A stretch of DNA of 64,000 bases from an uncultured Verrucomicrobiota bacterium (GCA_964611575.1 CAZTAJ010000001.1:5873-69872), one strand, 5' to 3'. Positions 45,457 through 56,410 are shown, counted from the first letter of the stretch. A program made the numbers and translations. The notes: generated by a model not told the origin, from the sequence alone.

Positions 45457-46422
45457 CTAGCGAAGCCTCGGAAGCAGTCCGAAGTAGGCGAAGATGACCA
45501 GCATCAGGACTGCCAGGGCCATCCCGATAACCAGGAAGGCTATGACGTAACGTCTGTGCCATCGCTCTTCCCCCTCGGCCGCTCCACTGCCGGCGGGAAC
45601 CCCGGTCGGTATCCAGTCGGCGGGAAGGTCGCTGCAGACGGTTCCCGTCGTGTAGGCATCGAGCACCTCGATCGCACCGGCGAGATTGCGGGTTTTGGCG
45701 ACGTGCCCCCCGCTCTCATGGACGAGCTCGATGACCTCGGGCCTCGCATTTCGTGGGCAACCCGTCATTCTGGCCACGTCCGGCTGCATCATGCTGACAT
45801 CGTTCTTGCCGTCCCCGACCGCAAGGATCTGTTCCGGTCGCAGGCCGATCAACTCTGCGAGCTTCTTCACAGCTAATCCCTTGCTGTTGACATCGGATTC
45901 CGCCCAGACGGTATCCTGATAACGCCGGACTTTGACTCGGGGCCGCGTCTTCGCCTTGGACTGAAGCATCTTGAAAGCCTGGTCGGCTGCCTCCATGGAC
46001 TCAAAATGAAAAACCAGCCTGCGCTTGGTTCTGATGGTCTCGATGATGCCGAAGTCCCAACGGCTGAACAAGTTATGCCACTCCCTGAACGTGGCGTTAA
46101 CGGAGGCGTTGTGCTGGATGATCTGTTTGCGGATCATCACGTTCCATTTGAAGTGAGGAATCACCCAGCCGCGACGTGTGACCGTGAAGATATAGGTGTC
46201 TCGTGTGACCAGGTAGTCTGGCCGGATGCCCAATTCCAGCATCGGCTGGAAAATCAACCCGAATCCGCTTCGCGATCTTCCCGTACAGATGGCCCACTGG
46301 GCGCCGGTTTGTGACAGAAACTCGCCGAGTTTCTCCCGGAATTCCATGCAACGGAAGTACTCGTTGGTGGGGCCAACCAACGTGCCGTCGAGATCGATGG
46401 CCAGCAACCGTATATCTTTCAT
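45457..46422 (-). CDS. HAD-IIB (Cof-type) hydrolase with C-terminal TM anchor
   Basis: LAIDLDGTL, CTGRS and GDGKNDVSMM, with a C-terminal helix VIAFLVIGMALAVLMLVIFAYFGLL. GC content is visibly lower than in neighbouring genes. Confidence 0.8.
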   Translation of the reverse strand: MKDIRLLAIDLDGTLVGPTNEYFRCMEFREKLGEFLSQTGAQWAICTGRSRSGFGLIFQPMLELGIRPDYLVTRDTYIFTVTRRGWVIPHFKWNVMIRKQIIQHNASVNATFREWHNLFSRWDFGIIETIRTKRRLVFHFESMEAADQAFKMLQSKAKTRPRVKVRRYQDTVWAESDVNSKGLAVKKLAELIGLRPEQILAVGDGKNDVSMMQPDVARMTGCPRNARPEVIELVHESGGHVAKTRNLAGAIEVLDAYTTGTVCSDLPADWIPTGVPAGSGAAEGEERWHRRYVIAFLVIGMALAVLMLVIFAYFGLLPRLR

Positions 46423-46584
46423 CCATGGCCGCCTGATTCTGCAAGAGACAAATCAGGAGGAGAAGCGAGAAGACAATCATCCTCCGCTTATGCGCCAAGG
46501 CCCCCCCTGTGACTTCACTGTACCGTTACGCGGTGCATCCCGCAAGTCGAATACCGTCGGGTTTTGGCGGTCTTCTGCAAACGT

Positions 46585-46866
46585 TCAGAGCATCTCCGTG
46601 TGCAGGTCCATGAGGTTATAGCGCGGGTCGGATCGCAGGTAGTCGCTGATTTCAGAAATACGCTGCTGGATGGTCTCGCTTTCGGCCGCGACGGTGACGA
46701 AGGCCAATTCGGCGTATTTCCACATGTCCTGGCGGCCCACCTCGGCGACACTCACATTCATCTTCCCCACCGCCCGGTCCTTGAGGCTGCGCAGGACGGA
46801 CCGCTTGTCCTTCAGCGAATTCGCGTGGGGAATCGAGATCGTACAGGTGACCAGTCCGATGATCAT
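46585..46866 (-). CDS. DUF503 (YlxP-like) protein
   Basis: 93 aa; MIIGLVTCTISIPHANSLKDKRSVLRSLKDR... is the typical DUF503 N-terminus. Confidence 0.75.
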   Translation of the reverse strand: MIIGLVTCTISIPHANSLKDKRSVLRSLKDRAVGKMNVSVAEVGRQDMWKYAELAFVTVAAESETIQQRISEISDYLRSDPRYNLMDLHTEML

Positions 46867-46874
46867 GGGGGCAG

Positions 46875-48587
46875 TCAGGGGCGGCCGGCCGAATCGAGAA
46901 AAGCCTTCGTCGCGTGGTAGCCGCCGCGCCAGGTGGTGTACATGACTCCATCAACTCCGATGAATCCCTTTGCTTCCTTGAGCCAGGCGGCGATGGCCGT
47001 GGGATCGCCATCGTAGTATCCCGCCAGCACCTGGCGATGGCCGAGTTTGGCGAAGTGCTCCAGGGTGGCGCGGCGGGTCTGGGGCCCCATGTTCCAGTTC
47101 ACGATGCCCACATCCGCCGGCAGCCCCTTCCACGAGTCACGCCAGGGCCCATCCCCCTTGACCAGATAGTAGCGGCCTGACTTTGCGGCGTTATGATTCG
47201 GGTCAAACATATCGGACCAGACCCAGACCGGTCTTCCGGGATCGGCCTTGCGGATGATTTCGCCGCAGCGGCGGACGTTGTCCGCCAGGATTTCGCCGCA
47301 GGTCAGTTTGCGGTCAGAGCAGGCCTTGTCCCATCCCTGGATCCGGATTTCGTCATGGTTCATCAGGTAGGCATCCGGGGCAAGGGCATCCCGAACGCGG
47401 TCCACTTGCCAGGCCAGGATCTCGTAGACCTTGGGTTCGCTCAGGCAGCAGGGCACCTGACTGTCATAGATGACGGCCGTATGGCAGTAACTGGCCAGCA
47501 CCCGCTGCCCTTCCCGGAGGCGGCTGCCGGCGGGAATCGCGACGGTCGGTGGCTCATGCCACGCCGAAAAGTCGCCCGCCCAGGGATCGTTGCCCATCTT
47601 CGGATCCCGCACCGCCGCGTAATCGCGGCCCTCTTCGTAAAGCATGGCGCCATCCTCACTCCGGATCGTGAGCGGGGTTCCCGGGCGGCGGAGTACGTTG
47701 ACGAACCCGGCCGGCTCGATTCGCAGGTCATCCCACCAGATCGTTCCCTGCCGCCCATCCCATGTGCCCAGGTACAGGTTGACGCGGGTATTGTCGAGGG
47801 TGTTGAACGTGATGTCGGCGCGCGTCCAGTCCTGCGAGGCGGCCAGTGGCGGCATGTGGAAATTCAACGATGCGCCGTCTCCGCCAATGGCGGCAATGCG
47901 GACATCCCCGCCATTCCAGTCCTGCGTACGAATCCAGACAGACACGTGGTAGTAGCGGAACGGTTTTACCGGGAGCGTCTGGCAGGCGCGGGCGTGCCGG
48001 TGGTCAGGCTCGTTCGCCAGCACGTCCTGCATGCGCAGCGAGGCCCGGCCCTCGTGCCTGACCGCCGTATCGATGAACGTCATCTGCCCCGGCTTGTCCA
48101 CGAAACCCCAACCATCAGGCCTGTCGCGGCGGGACTGTTCGAACCCGCCGTTGAGCAGGGGCGGGCCGTTGTTCCACGGTGTCAGCCGGCCGCCGGCGAC
48201 CACGAAGGGAGCGTCCACGACCGGTAGTCCCTCGGCCAGATTGGGATCGCGGCACAGGAGGCTGCTGGAGTAGCCCAGGGGCATGACGCCGGCGACGACC
48301 TCGAGCGCGAGGCGGCGGGTGGCGTCGCGGAACCGGCGGACATTGTGAACGTAGCGATCCGGCACGGTATCCCACAGCATGAACTTGAAGTCGGTGACGA
48401 CCACGCCGTTGTAGCCTTCGCCGGCCCAGCGCTCAAGATCTGCGATTCTGGCCGTGACCTGCTCATCGACGAGGAAGTTCATGGACAGGTAGACCCAGCG
48501 CTTCATGGGGGTGTTGGCCCCGGTTACATGGGTTGCGAGCAGCACAAGGCTGGCCGCCAGAATCGTGCGCGATGTTCGGTTAATCAT
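46875..48587 (-). CDS. secreted hypothetical protein with central CBM4/9-like carbohydrate-binding module
   Basis: A signal peptide, then a central segment LLNGGFEQ...W...YHVSVWIRT...IWWDDLRIEP that matches the CBM4_9 pattern. The flanks look like a glycoside-hydrolase TIM barrel, which is a guess. Confidence 0.55.
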   Translation of the reverse strand: MINRTSRTILAASLVLLATHVTGANTPMKRWVYLSMNFLVDEQVTARIADLERWAGEGYNGVVVTDFKFMLWDTVPDRYVHNVRRFRDATRRLALEVVAGVMPLGYSSSLLCRDPNLAEGLPVVDAPFVVAGGRLTPWNNGPPLLNGGFEQSRRDRPDGWGFVDKPGQMTFIDTAVRHEGRASLRMQDVLANEPDHRHARACQTLPVKPFRYYHVSVWIRTQDWNGGDVRIAAIGGDGASLNFHMPPLAASQDWTRADITFNTLDNTRVNLYLGTWDGRQGTIWWDDLRIEPAGFVNVLRRPGTPLTIRSEDGAMLYEEGRDYAAVRDPKMGNDPWAGDFSAWHEPPTVAIPAGSRLREGQRVLASYCHTAVIYDSQVPCCLSEPKVYEILAWQVDRVRDALAPDAYLMNHDEIRIQGWDKACSDRKLTCGEILADNVRRCGEIIRKADPGRPVWVWSDMFDPNHNAAKSGRYYLVKGDGPWRDSWKGLPADVGIVNWNMGPQTRRATLEHFAKLGHRQVLAGYYDGDPTAIAAWLKEAKGFIGVDGVMYTTWRGGYHATKAFLDSAGRP

Positions 48588-48735
48588 ACGAAACAGCCTG
48601 AATGTACGGGGGGATTATAACCCAGGGCCGGCGGGCCGCGAATGGAAAAAGGCGAAGGCGTGGATTTCGACCGGAAGGTCTGGTAGCATGGTGGCCATCG
48701 GTTGCCGGTCCGGCGATTCATGGGAGACTGCAGCA

Positions 48736-49755
48736 ATGAGCATGCGATGGCTGGTTTGGACAATGGTGGCGTTCTGGGTGGCTCCGGGGCTGCTTCGTGC
48801 CGAGGAACCGCCAGCGCCCGCCGAATCCGCGCAGTCGGTCGCCAGTCTGGTATGCGTACAGCCGGTGTTTGATTTTGGCGAGGCGCCTTCCGGCGCCACG
48901 GTTACGAACGTCTTCCTCCTGCGCAATGACGGCACGAACGCGGTCACCATCGTCAATGTCCGACCGACATGCGGGTGTACCACGGCGGGGGTGGCCACCC
49001 ATCGGCTGGCGCCCGGCGCCACGACGGAACTGAACGCGGTGTTGTCGCTGGCCGGGCGCAAGGGTTACCAGCGCAAGGCGATCTACGTCGAGACCGATGA
49101 CTTGCGCCAGCCGAGGCTGCGACTGGAGGTCAAGGGACTGGCCGTGGCCGACGTCACGGTGCAGCCCGAAGGGGTGCATTTCGGCACGATGGGCCGAGAG
49201 GGGACGGCGCAGCAGGATGTGCTGGTGAGCGCACGCTCCAATGTGACGTTTACGATCAAGAGTGTGAACACGGGTTCGTCGTCGTTCACGGCCGAGGTCG
49301 AACCGCTCGTGCCGGGGACGTCGTACTGGGTTCATGTCAAGACGGTGGGGCCGCGCATGCCGGGTACGGTCAGCGCCATCGTCCAACTCATCACCGATCT
49401 GCCGACGTCGCCCTCGGTCGCGATTCCCGCGTCGGTGTTTGTGGCGGCCGACGTGATTGCCGTGCCCTCGCAGTTGATTCTGGTCGCGTCGAGCACCAAC
49501 GAACCCCGGACCGCCAACCTGACCGTCTACTCGCCTGCAGGCAAGACGTTTACGGTAAAGTCCGTCGACTGGCCGTCGCCGTCCGTCACGGGGCATGTAG
49601 CCGCCACCGTGAGCGGCCGTGTGCGGATCGAGGTGCGGAGCCGTGGCGGGCTGGAGGATGTGGAGGGCAAGGCCATCCGGGTCGTCACGGATCTCGACAC
49701 GGCGCGCGAGGTGCTGGTGCCGTTGCGCGTGATAAAGAAGGCTGAAGGGAATTAG
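48736..49755 (+). CDS. DUF1573 domain protein (secreted, Ig-like repeats)
   Basis: Signal peptide MSMRWLVWTMVAFWVAPGLLRA and the DUF1573 hallmark RPTCGCT. Confidence 0.8.
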   Translation: MSMRWLVWTMVAFWVAPGLLRAEEPPAPAESAQSVASLVCVQPVFDFGEAPSGATVTNVFLLRNDGTNAVTIVNVRPTCGCTTAGVATHRLAPGATTELNAVLSLAGRKGYQRKAIYVETDDLRQPRLRLEVKGLAVADVTVQPEGVHFGTMGREGTAQQDVLVSARSNVTFTIKSVNTGSSSFTAEVEPLVPGTSYWVHVKTVGPRMPGTVSAIVQLITDLPTSPSVAIPASVFVAADVIAVPSQLILVASSTNEPRTANLTVYSPAGKTFTVKSVDWPSPSVTGHVAATVSGRVRIEVRSRGGLEDVEGKAIRVVTDLDTAREVLVPLRVIKKAEGN

Positions 49756-49770
49756 GCTGAAGGCTGTAGG
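49740..49770 (+). repeat. heptanucleotide tandem GGCTGAA GGGAATTA GGCTGAA GGCTGTA GG
   Basis: Read directly. It spans the DUF1573 stop codon (TAG 49753-49755). Confidence 0.8.
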
Positions 49771-49779
49771 TGCCGGCAC

Positions 49780-51060
49780 ATGCCTTCGATCCCAATAGAG
49801 CCGGACAGCAGGGGCCAACCACTTTTCCAACGCCCCCCCCCCCGTCTACCTTCCGCTGCCTATCGACCTGCATTCGGTGGGATACTCCTGGTCCTGCTCT
49901 TGTTCTGCGTTCTGCCGGTATTCGCGTCGGACATGTCCCCGGCCGGCGATCTGCCCGTCGTGGCGATCGAGTTCTTCCACGAGGCGGGGTGTCATGAGTG
50001 CGAACGCGTCGACCGTGAGATCCTGCCGGTCCTGGAGCAGCGCTATGCCGGTTACTATGTGCTGCGGCGCTACGATATCGGCGAAACGACCCACTACCTG
50101 AAACTCGTGGCCTGGCAGCAGACGCTGGGGGTGACCAACAACGAGTCGGTCTGCATGGTGGTTGGCGGCAGCGTCATGCTGTGCGGGGTGGAGGGGATTC
50201 GCCAGGGTTTGTTCCCTGCGATCGATCGGGCACTGTCCGGCCGGCCGGACGAAGGGGCCGCGGGCGCGGGCGCCGCGCCGGGTTTGGCGCCCCCTGCCGA
50301 CGACCGGACGTTGCTGGCTGCGCGGGTTCGCGGGTTCACGCTGGCCGGGATCCTGGCGGCGGCGCTGGTCGATAGCATCAATCCGTGCGCCATGGCCACG
50401 CTGGTGTTCTTCATGAGTCTCCTGTCGGTGGCGCATATTGGGGCGCGGCGGATGGCGCTGGCGGGTGGCGCTTTCATCGTGGCGTGCTATGTGACGTACT
50501 TGGCGATCGGGTTCGGGTTGTTGCGCGTGATCCGGGCGCTGTCCGCGGCGCGCGTGTTCGGCCTGGCCTTGGACGGGCTCATGATGGCGCTGATGGTGTT
50601 GTTCGCCTGGCTGTCGTTCCGTGATGCCGCGCGCTTCCGGCGCAGCGGCAATCCCGCTGACGTGTCGCTGCAATTGCCGGAGGGCATCCAGCGCCGTATT
50701 CACGCGGCCATGAAGCGCGGGCTGCGCCGGCGGAACCTGTTGCTGGGGGGGCTGGGGATCGGGCTGATCGTGACGGTCCTGGAAAGCGTATGCACGGGGC
50801 AGGTGTATGTGCCGGCGCTGGTGTTGATGATCAAGAGCGGCGATTCGGTGTGGCGGTGCGCAGGATATCTGGCGGTGTACAACGCGATCTTCGTGGTGCC
50901 GCTGGTCGTGATCCTGGCGCTCACCTGCTGGGGGCTCGGCACGCCGGCCCTGGTGGCGTGGAGCCGACGTAACGTGGTCATCAGCAAGGTCTTATTGGGG
51001 TTGTTTTTCACGGCCATGGCCGCCATGATGCTGGCCATGGTCCTGCGGTCGGCCGTTTGA
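49780..51060 (+). CDS. CcdA/DsbD-family thiol-disulfide transporter with N-terminal CxxC thioredoxin/glutaredoxin-like domain
   Basis: CHEC motif in the periplasmic N-domain. The TM region carries DSINPCA and ESVCTG (the paired Cys of the DsbD/CcdA family). Confidence 0.7.
   Translation: MPSIPIEPDSRGQPLFQRPPPRLPSAAYRPAFGGILLVLLLFCVLPVFASDMSPAGDLPVVAIEFFHEAGCHECERVDREILPVLEQRYAGYYVLRRYDIGETTHYLKLVAWQQTLGVTNNESVCMVVGGSVMLCGVEGIRQGLFPAIDRALSGRPDEGAAGAGAAPGLAPPADDRTLLAARVRGFTLAGILAAALVDSINPCAMATLVFFMSLLSVAHIGARRMALAGGAFIVACYVTYLAIGFGLLRVIRALSAARVFGLALDGLMMALMVLFAWLSFRDAARFRRSGNPADVSLQLPEGIQRRIHAAMKRGLRRRNLLLGGLGIGLIVTVLESVCTGQVYVPALVLMIKSGDSVWRCAGYLAVYNAIFVVPLVVILALTCWGLGTPALVAWSRRNVVISKVLLGLFFTAMAAMMLAMVLRSAV
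49833..49843 (+). repeat. homopolymeric C11 tract
   Basis: Counted directly: cg + 11 C + gt. It lies within codons 18-22 (RPPPR) of the 49780 ORF. Confidence 0.9.
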
Positions 51061-51075
51061 TCGCGGAGGAGGAAT

Positions 51076-51432
51076 ATGAAGCCGGATAGCGTGCAACCGA
51101 ACGTGCGTCTCATGGCCGCCCATGCGAAGGCGGTGGCCGAATCTGAAAGGGCCAGCGCCCACACCCGCATTGTCATCGCGGTCATCGGCCGGGATCGGCC
51201 CGGCATCATGGCGGGGGTGACCGCCGTGCTGGCCCAGGCCGGCGCCAACATTCTCGACGTGAGCCAAACGATCATGAGCGACCTGTTCACGATGGTCATG
51301 CTGGTCGATATCAAGGGAATCGGCGTGGCCTTTGCCCAGCTCAAGCAGGATCTTGAGGAGCACGGGCGCCGGGAGGGGCTGTCGATCATCGTGCAGCACG
51401 AGGAAATCTTCCGCGCCATGCACCGGGTGTGA
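51076..51432 (+). CDS. ACT-domain protein (UPF0237 family)
   Basis: [35 protein letters not shown]. It is paired with a UPF0210 gene, as is usual for this family. Confidence 0.8.
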   Translation: MKPDSVQPNVRLMAAHAKAVAESERASAHTRIVIAVIGRDRPGIMAGVTAVLAQAGANILDVSQTIMSDLFTMVMLVDIKGIGVAFAQLKQDLEEHGRREGLSIIVQHEEIFRAMHRV

Positions 51433-51467
51433 GGGGCGGAGTTGGCGGAGCGAAGGACGAGGCGGAC

Positions 51468-52832
51468 ATGGCGATCAGTTCGGAAGAGATTTTTGAAACG
51501 TTGGGGATGATCCACGCGCAGCGGCTGGATATCCGGACCGTCACGCTGGGCATCGACCTGCACGACTGTGCCGGACCGGACGTGACGCGGGTGGCGCGCA
51601 ACGCTTACGACAAGGTCATGCGCCTGGCGGCGCGGCTCGTACCGGTGGCCGAGGAGACGGCCGGCGAGTACGGCATCCCGATCGTGAACAAACGCGTGTC
51701 GGTGACGCCGGTGTCGTGGTTCGCCGCCGCGTGCGACACGAACGACTATACGCCCATCGCGCGGGAACTCGACCGCGCGGCGCGCGAACTGGGGATCGAT
51801 TTCATTGGCGGGTTCTCGGCGCTCGTTCAGAAGGACATGACCCGCGCCGCCGAGACGCTCATCCGGTGCATTCCGCGGGCCCTGGTCGAGACCAGCCGCC
51901 TGTGCGCATCCGTTAACGTGGGCACCACCAAGGCCGGCATCAATATGGAGGCGGTGGCCTTGCTGGGCGAGATGATCAAGGAGGCGGCCGAGTTGTCCGC
52001 CGACACGTCCGGCAGCGCCTGCGCGCGGCTGGTCGTGTTCTGCAATGCGGTCGAGGACAATCCCTTCATGGCCGGCGCGTTCAGCGGCGCGGGCGAGGGC
52101 GACGTCGGGTTGTCGGTCGGCATCTCGGGGCCGGGCACGGTTCGGGCGGTGGTGCAGTCGCTCGGGCGCGAACTCGACCTGCAGACCGTGGCGGAGGAGA
52201 TCAAGCGCGTGGCGTTCAAGATCACGCGGGCCGGGGAACTGATCGGCCGGCGGTGCGCGGACAAACTGGGCGTGCCTTTCAATATTGTGGATCTGTCGCT
52301 GGCGCCCACGCCGGCGCCGGGCGATTCGGTGGGCGATATTCTTGAGGCGATGGGGTTGGACCGGGTCGGCGGTCCGGGCACCACGGCGGCGCTGGCCATG
52401 CTCAACGACGCGGTCAAGCGCGGCGGCGCCATGGCGACCAGTCATGCCGGCGGCATGAGCGGCGCATTCATCCCGGTGAGCGAGGACGCCACCATCGCGC
52501 GCCGGGCGGCGGAAGGGGCGCTGACGATTGAGAAGCTGGAGGCGATGACCGCGGTCTGTTCCGTCGGGATGGACATGGTCATCGTGCCGGGCGACACGAC
52601 GGCGGAGACGCTGAGCGGCATCATTGCCGACGAGGCGGCCATCGGCATGATCAACAAGAAGACCACGGCGGTCCGCATCATTCCGGCGCCGGGCCGGACG
52701 GTGGGCGAGCACGTGGAGTTCGGCGGGCTGCTCGGCGGCGGACCCGTCATGCGGGTCAGCCCGCACTCCTGCGCCGTGTTCGTCAGGCGTGGCGGCAGGA
52801 TTCCCGCGCCGCTGCAGGGGTTGAGTAATTGA
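51468..52832 (+). CDS. UPF0210 (DUF711, PFL-like) family protein
   Basis: [29 protein letters not shown] is the typical UPF0210 N-terminus. The start is at 51468. Confidence 0.85.
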   Translation: MAISSEEIFETLGMIHAQRLDIRTVTLGIDLHDCAGPDVTRVARNAYDKVMRLAARLVPVAEETAGEYGIPIVNKRVSVTPVSWFAAACDTNDYTPIARELDRAARELGIDFIGGFSALVQKDMTRAAETLIRCIPRALVETSRLCASVNVGTTKAGINMEAVALLGEMIKEAAELSADTSGSACARLVVFCNAVEDNPFMAGAFSGAGEGDVGLSVGISGPGTVRAVVQSLGRELDLQTVAEEIKRVAFKITRAGELIGRRCADKLGVPFNIVDLSLAPTPAPGDSVGDILEAMGLDRVGGPGTTAALAMLNDAVKRGGAMATSHAGGMSGAFIPVSEDATIARRAAEGALTIEKLEAMTAVCSVGMDMVIVPGDTTAETLSGIIADEAAIGMINKKTTAVRIIPAPGRTVGEHVEFGGLLGGGPVMRVSPHSCAVFVRRGGRIPAPLQGLSN

Positions 52833-53707
52833 GGCGCGATTGGCCAACGATTCTGGTCGTGGTGTGTGTGACGGTGGCGGCGTACGGCCCGATGGTCTAC
52901 AGCATCGTCGAGTTGAGCACCCGAACCACTCAGGCGGTGAACGCCTTCATGCTGCTGGGCTTCGCCGCACTCGAGGCCCTGGTTTCGGTGCGGCGCTCAC
53001 ATCCGTTCCAGTTGGCGATCACCCGGCACGGCATCCTGCTCTTCTCGGCCTCGTGCCTGGCGTTGGCGGTCGCGTCGATCTCCGGCTTGTGGCCGCTGGC
53101 CATTCTGGGGTTCTGTCTCAACCTGGAGGCGCTGCTGTCATTTGCATTCGGGCGTGACGGGGCGAGGGTCTTCCACCCGGCGTTGGCGGGCCTGGGATGC
53201 GCGGCGGCGCTGGTGGCGTTCGTGCCCCGGGCGGATGCCATGCTGCGCCTGCTGGCGGCCCGCGGGTCGGCGGTTGCGCTGAACCTGGCGGGCTTTCAGA
53301 CGCAGGTGGCGGTGCAACAGGAGCCGTTCGGGATCACGCTGGTGGTGGAGCGCGGCCTGTCGCTATTCAACGTGGCCACCGAATGCAGCGGTTTCGGCAT
53401 CATCCTGTCCTCCGTCGTGCTTGCGGTGATCGTCAGCATGCGGCGCGCCTACCCATGGCTGCTGTGCCTGGGGTTGGGGGTGGCGGCGGGGGTGGCGGGC
53501 CTGGTGTTCAACACCGTGCGCATCGTGGCGATCAGTCTGGCGAGCATGAACACGATGGTCGACTATGGCCTGATCCACGAAGGACTGGGCACGCTGGTCT
53601 ATCTGGCGGCACTGGTCGCGGTGTGGGGGGGAGTCGGCTGGGCGGGGCGTCTACCGTCCGCGCGTTCCCTGCCGCCAAAGGAATCGCCTAACCAGCGGTG
53701 TTTGTAG
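52829..53707 (+). CDS. exosortase/archaeosortase-family transpeptidase (stand-alone, ~292 aa)
   Basis: Polytopic. The catalytic-triad contexts are present: ATECSG (Cys), FNTVRI (Arg) and LIHEGLG (His). The TTG start overlaps the upstream TGA. Confidence 0.7.
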   Translation: MRRDWPTILVVVCVTVAAYGPMVYSIVELSTRTTQAVNAFMLLGFAALEALVSVRRSHPFQLAITRHGILLFSASCLALAVASISGLWPLAILGFCLNLEALLSFAFGRDGARVFHPALAGLGCAAALVAFVPRADAMLRLLAARGSAVALNLAGFQTQVAVQQEPFGITLVVERGLSLFNVATECSGFGIILSSVVLAVIVSMRRAYPWLLCLGLGVAAGVAGLVFNTVRIVAISLASMNTMVDYGLIHEGLGTLVYLAALVAVWGGVGWAGRLPSARSLPPKESPNQRCL

Positions 53708-53732
53708 TACAAGCGGGGGTGGAGAGAGCTAC

Positions 53733-55202
53733 ATGAGCGGTCGGAGAGTCTGGCGACAGTCCCTGTTCAGATCGGCGTTTCCTTACTTCGTGAGCGACAT
53801 TGCCGCGATTGTAGTGGCCTATCACCTTACCCTCTTCCTGCGCATCCGCAGCGACTTGGGCGGTCTCTTCTTCACATGGATCAACCGGTTCCTGGAAGTC
53901 CGTGACACGGGGCACCTGGGTGCGCCTTTGGCGGCATTTTACGTTTTCAATGCGCCGCGCATCCTGTTCATTTTGATGGCGACGCTGACCTTCCTCTACG
54001 CCTTTGTGGACCTGTATGCCGTGCGTCGGTTCATCCGCCGGCGGTATGAAGGGGCGAACGTGGTGGCGGCCAACCTGCTGGCGCTGGCGTTGTTCTACAT
54101 GTACTTCTATCTGAGCCGCAACCAGTTCCACCCGCGCAGCATGTTCGGCGTGATGCTGGTACTTAACATGACGTTGTGCCTCGCGTTCCGGGCGGTGGTC
54201 CGGCGGGCCCTGCAACGCTCCGGATTGGCCCGTTTCCCGGCGGTTCTGATCGGGGAGACGGCGGAAGCGGACGCTTTGGCCGCGTTTGTGCAGGCGCACG
54301 AACCGCAAGGGCTGGTGGTGGTGGCCCGGACGCCATTCGATCCGGCCGAACCGATGGCGGCAATCCTGGCGCGGTTGCGGACGCAGGTGGAGCGTCATGG
54401 AACGCGCATGATTCTCTGTGCGGACCGGCGGATGAGTGTGGCCCAGATCATGCAGGTGCTGGAGGCGGCGGAGAAACTGGACCAGGAGGTCAAGATTTTG
54501 TCGGACAAGTTCAACGTCCTGGTTGGCGAGGCGGCGATACAGGCCGACTACGTCCTGGAGATGCCGCTGGTGCACTTTGCCGCGCCCGTCTGCTCCCCCC
54601 TCGGGTTCCGGCTCCGTCGGGTGGCCGGGATTGCGGTGGGAGCGGTCGGGCTGGTGATCGCGGCGCCGTTCATGCTGGTCATAGCGGCACTGATCAAACT
54701 GACCAGTGCAGGGCCGGTGTTCTTCATGCAGGAACGGATCGGGATCAACCGCCGGCCGTTCATGATGTTCAAGTTCCGGACGATGTACCAGCGCGCGGAA
54801 GAACTGATGGCGCAGATGGAGGCGTTCAACGACTCGGGGGAAGGGCTGTTCAAGATGCGGAAGGACCCGCGGGTGACGCTGGTGGGGCGTTTCCTGCGCC
54901 GGTTCAGCATGGACGAACTGCCGCAGTTGCTGAACGTGGTGAGGGGGGAGATGACGATTGTCGGCCCGCGGCCGCTGCCGCGGCGGGATTTCGCCAACTA
55001 CTATGAGGAGTGGCACTACAGCCGACACAGCGGATTGCCGGGACTGACGTGCCTGTGGCAGGTGTCCGGGCGCAGCGACGTGAGTTTCCACAACATGTGC
55101 ATCCTGGACGACTACTACCTGCGGAACCAGAGCGCGATCCTGGACCTGAAGATCATCCTGCGGACTGTCGGGGTGGTGCTGTTTGCCAAGGGCGCCTATT
55201 GA
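53733..55202 (+). CDS. polyprenyl-phosphate sugar phosphotransferase (WbaP/EpsB-like priming enzyme)
   Basis: N-terminal TM bundle. The C-terminal bacterial sugar-transferase domain shows ...[11 protein letters not shown]...FKFRTM...[21 protein letters not shown]. Confidence 0.85.
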   Translation: MSGRRVWRQSLFRSAFPYFVSDIAAIVVAYHLTLFLRIRSDLGGLFFTWINRFLEVRDTGHLGAPLAAFYVFNAPRILFILMATLTFLYAFVDLYAVRRFIRRRYEGANVVAANLLALALFYMYFYLSRNQFHPRSMFGVMLVLNMTLCLAFRAVVRRALQRSGLARFPAVLIGETAEADALAAFVQAHEPQGLVVVARTPFDPAEPMAAILARLRTQVERHGTRMILCADRRMSVAQIMQVLEAAEKLDQEVKILSDKFNVLVGEAAIQADYVLEMPLVHFAAPVCSPLGFRLRRVAGIAVGAVGLVIAAPFMLVIAALIKLTSAGPVFFMQERIGINRRPFMMFKFRTMYQRAEELMAQMEAFNDSGEGLFKMRKDPRVTLVGRFLRRFSMDELPQLLNVVRGEMTIVGPRPLPRRDFANYYEEWHYSRHSGLPGLTCLWQVSGRSDVSFHNMCILDDYYLRNQSAILDLKIILRTVGVVLFAKGAY

Positions 55203-55277
55203 GGATGCGTCGGTGCCCGGTGCAGGCGGGGTCCCGTTTGGTACCGTCAGGGGTTGGGGCATGAGGTTCAGAACAAC

Positions 55278-56393
55278 GTGAAACGAATCCTGGTGATCGG
55301 CGGCGGCTTCTTCGGCATGTATCTCGCCGAGCATTTTGCGCGATGCGGCCACGCGGTACGGTTGGTGGAGAAGGAACCCGCATTCATGTCCCGGGCCTCT
55401 TACGCCAATCAGGCGCGGGTTCACAACGGCTATCACTATCCGCGTAGCATTCTGACGGCCTTGCGGTCACGTATATCGTTTCCCCGTTTCGTGAGTGAGT
55501 TCCGGGGGTGTGTCGACTCCGAGTTCGAGAGCTACTATTTGATCGGCAGTCCACTGGGGAAAGTCTCGGCCAGGCAATTCGTGAAGTTCTGCGAGCGAAT
55601 CGGGGCCCACTGTGAGCCGGCGCCGAACCGAATCAGGGCGTTGACCACCCCGACCTTGATCGAGGCTTGTTTTGCCGTTGTTGAATACGCATTCGACGCG
55701 ATCAAGCTGCGCGATGCGATGATGGAGCGATTGGCGGCATCGACCGTGTGTTGCAGCCTTAACGCAGCGGTGGAGACCGTCAGGCAACAGGGCGAGGGCC
55801 TGCTGGTGGACCTGCTGCACACCGCTACGGGAGCTTCCGAGGCAGTGTACGCGGATCATGTGTTTAACTGCACGTATTCGCGCATGAATTATGTTGCGGC
55901 ACACTCAGGCATCGATCTCGTGCCCCTCAAGCATGAGATGACGGAGATATGCCTGGTTGAGGTTCCGGACGCACTGAAGCCGCTCGGGATTTCGGTGATG
56001 TGCGGTCCCTTCTTCTCGGTCATGCCGTTTCCGCCGGTTGGGCTTCACTCCTTCAGTCATGTGCGCTATACGCCCCATTACGAATGGCGAGACGGCGAGA
56101 GGGCCCCGTATGAAGATGCGCACGCCAAGTTCATCTCGGCACAGCGCAACAGTGCGTGGCGGTACATGCAAAAAGACGCCGCACGCTACATACCTCTGCT
56201 GTCGGAATGCCAGTATCATGAGTCTCTCTGGGAGGTGAAGACGGTGCTGCCGCGCAGCGAGTCGGATGATTCGCGCCCCATTCTCTTCATGCCCCACCAT
56301 GGGTTGAAGGGTTTCCACTGTATCTTGGGGGGCAAGATTGATAACGTGTACGACGCCGTTGAGGCCATCACTTCGCAGCACCTGATCGACTAA
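55278..56393 (+). CDS. FAD-dependent oxidoreductase
   Basis: VKRILVIGGGFFGMYLAEHF (GxGxxG). I prefer the GTG start at 55278 over the tracked TTG at 55254. Confidence 0.7.
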   Translation: MKRILVIGGGFFGMYLAEHFARCGHAVRLVEKEPAFMSRASYANQARVHNGYHYPRSILTALRSRISFPRFVSEFRGCVDSEFESYYLIGSPLGKVSARQFVKFCERIGAHCEPAPNRIRALTTPTLIEACFAVVEYAFDAIKLRDAMMERLAASTVCCSLNAAVETVRQQGEGLLVDLLHTATGASEAVYADHVFNCTYSRMNYVAAHSGIDLVPLKHEMTEICLVEVPDALKPLGISVMCGPFFSVMPFPPVGLHSFSHVRYTPHYEWRDGERAPYEDAHAKFISAQRNSAWRYMQKDAARYIPLLSECQYHESLWEVKTVLPRSESDDSRPILFMPHHGLKGFHCILGGKIDNVYDAVEAITSQHLID

Positions 56394-56410
56394 ATACGCG
56401 GGGATATCAC

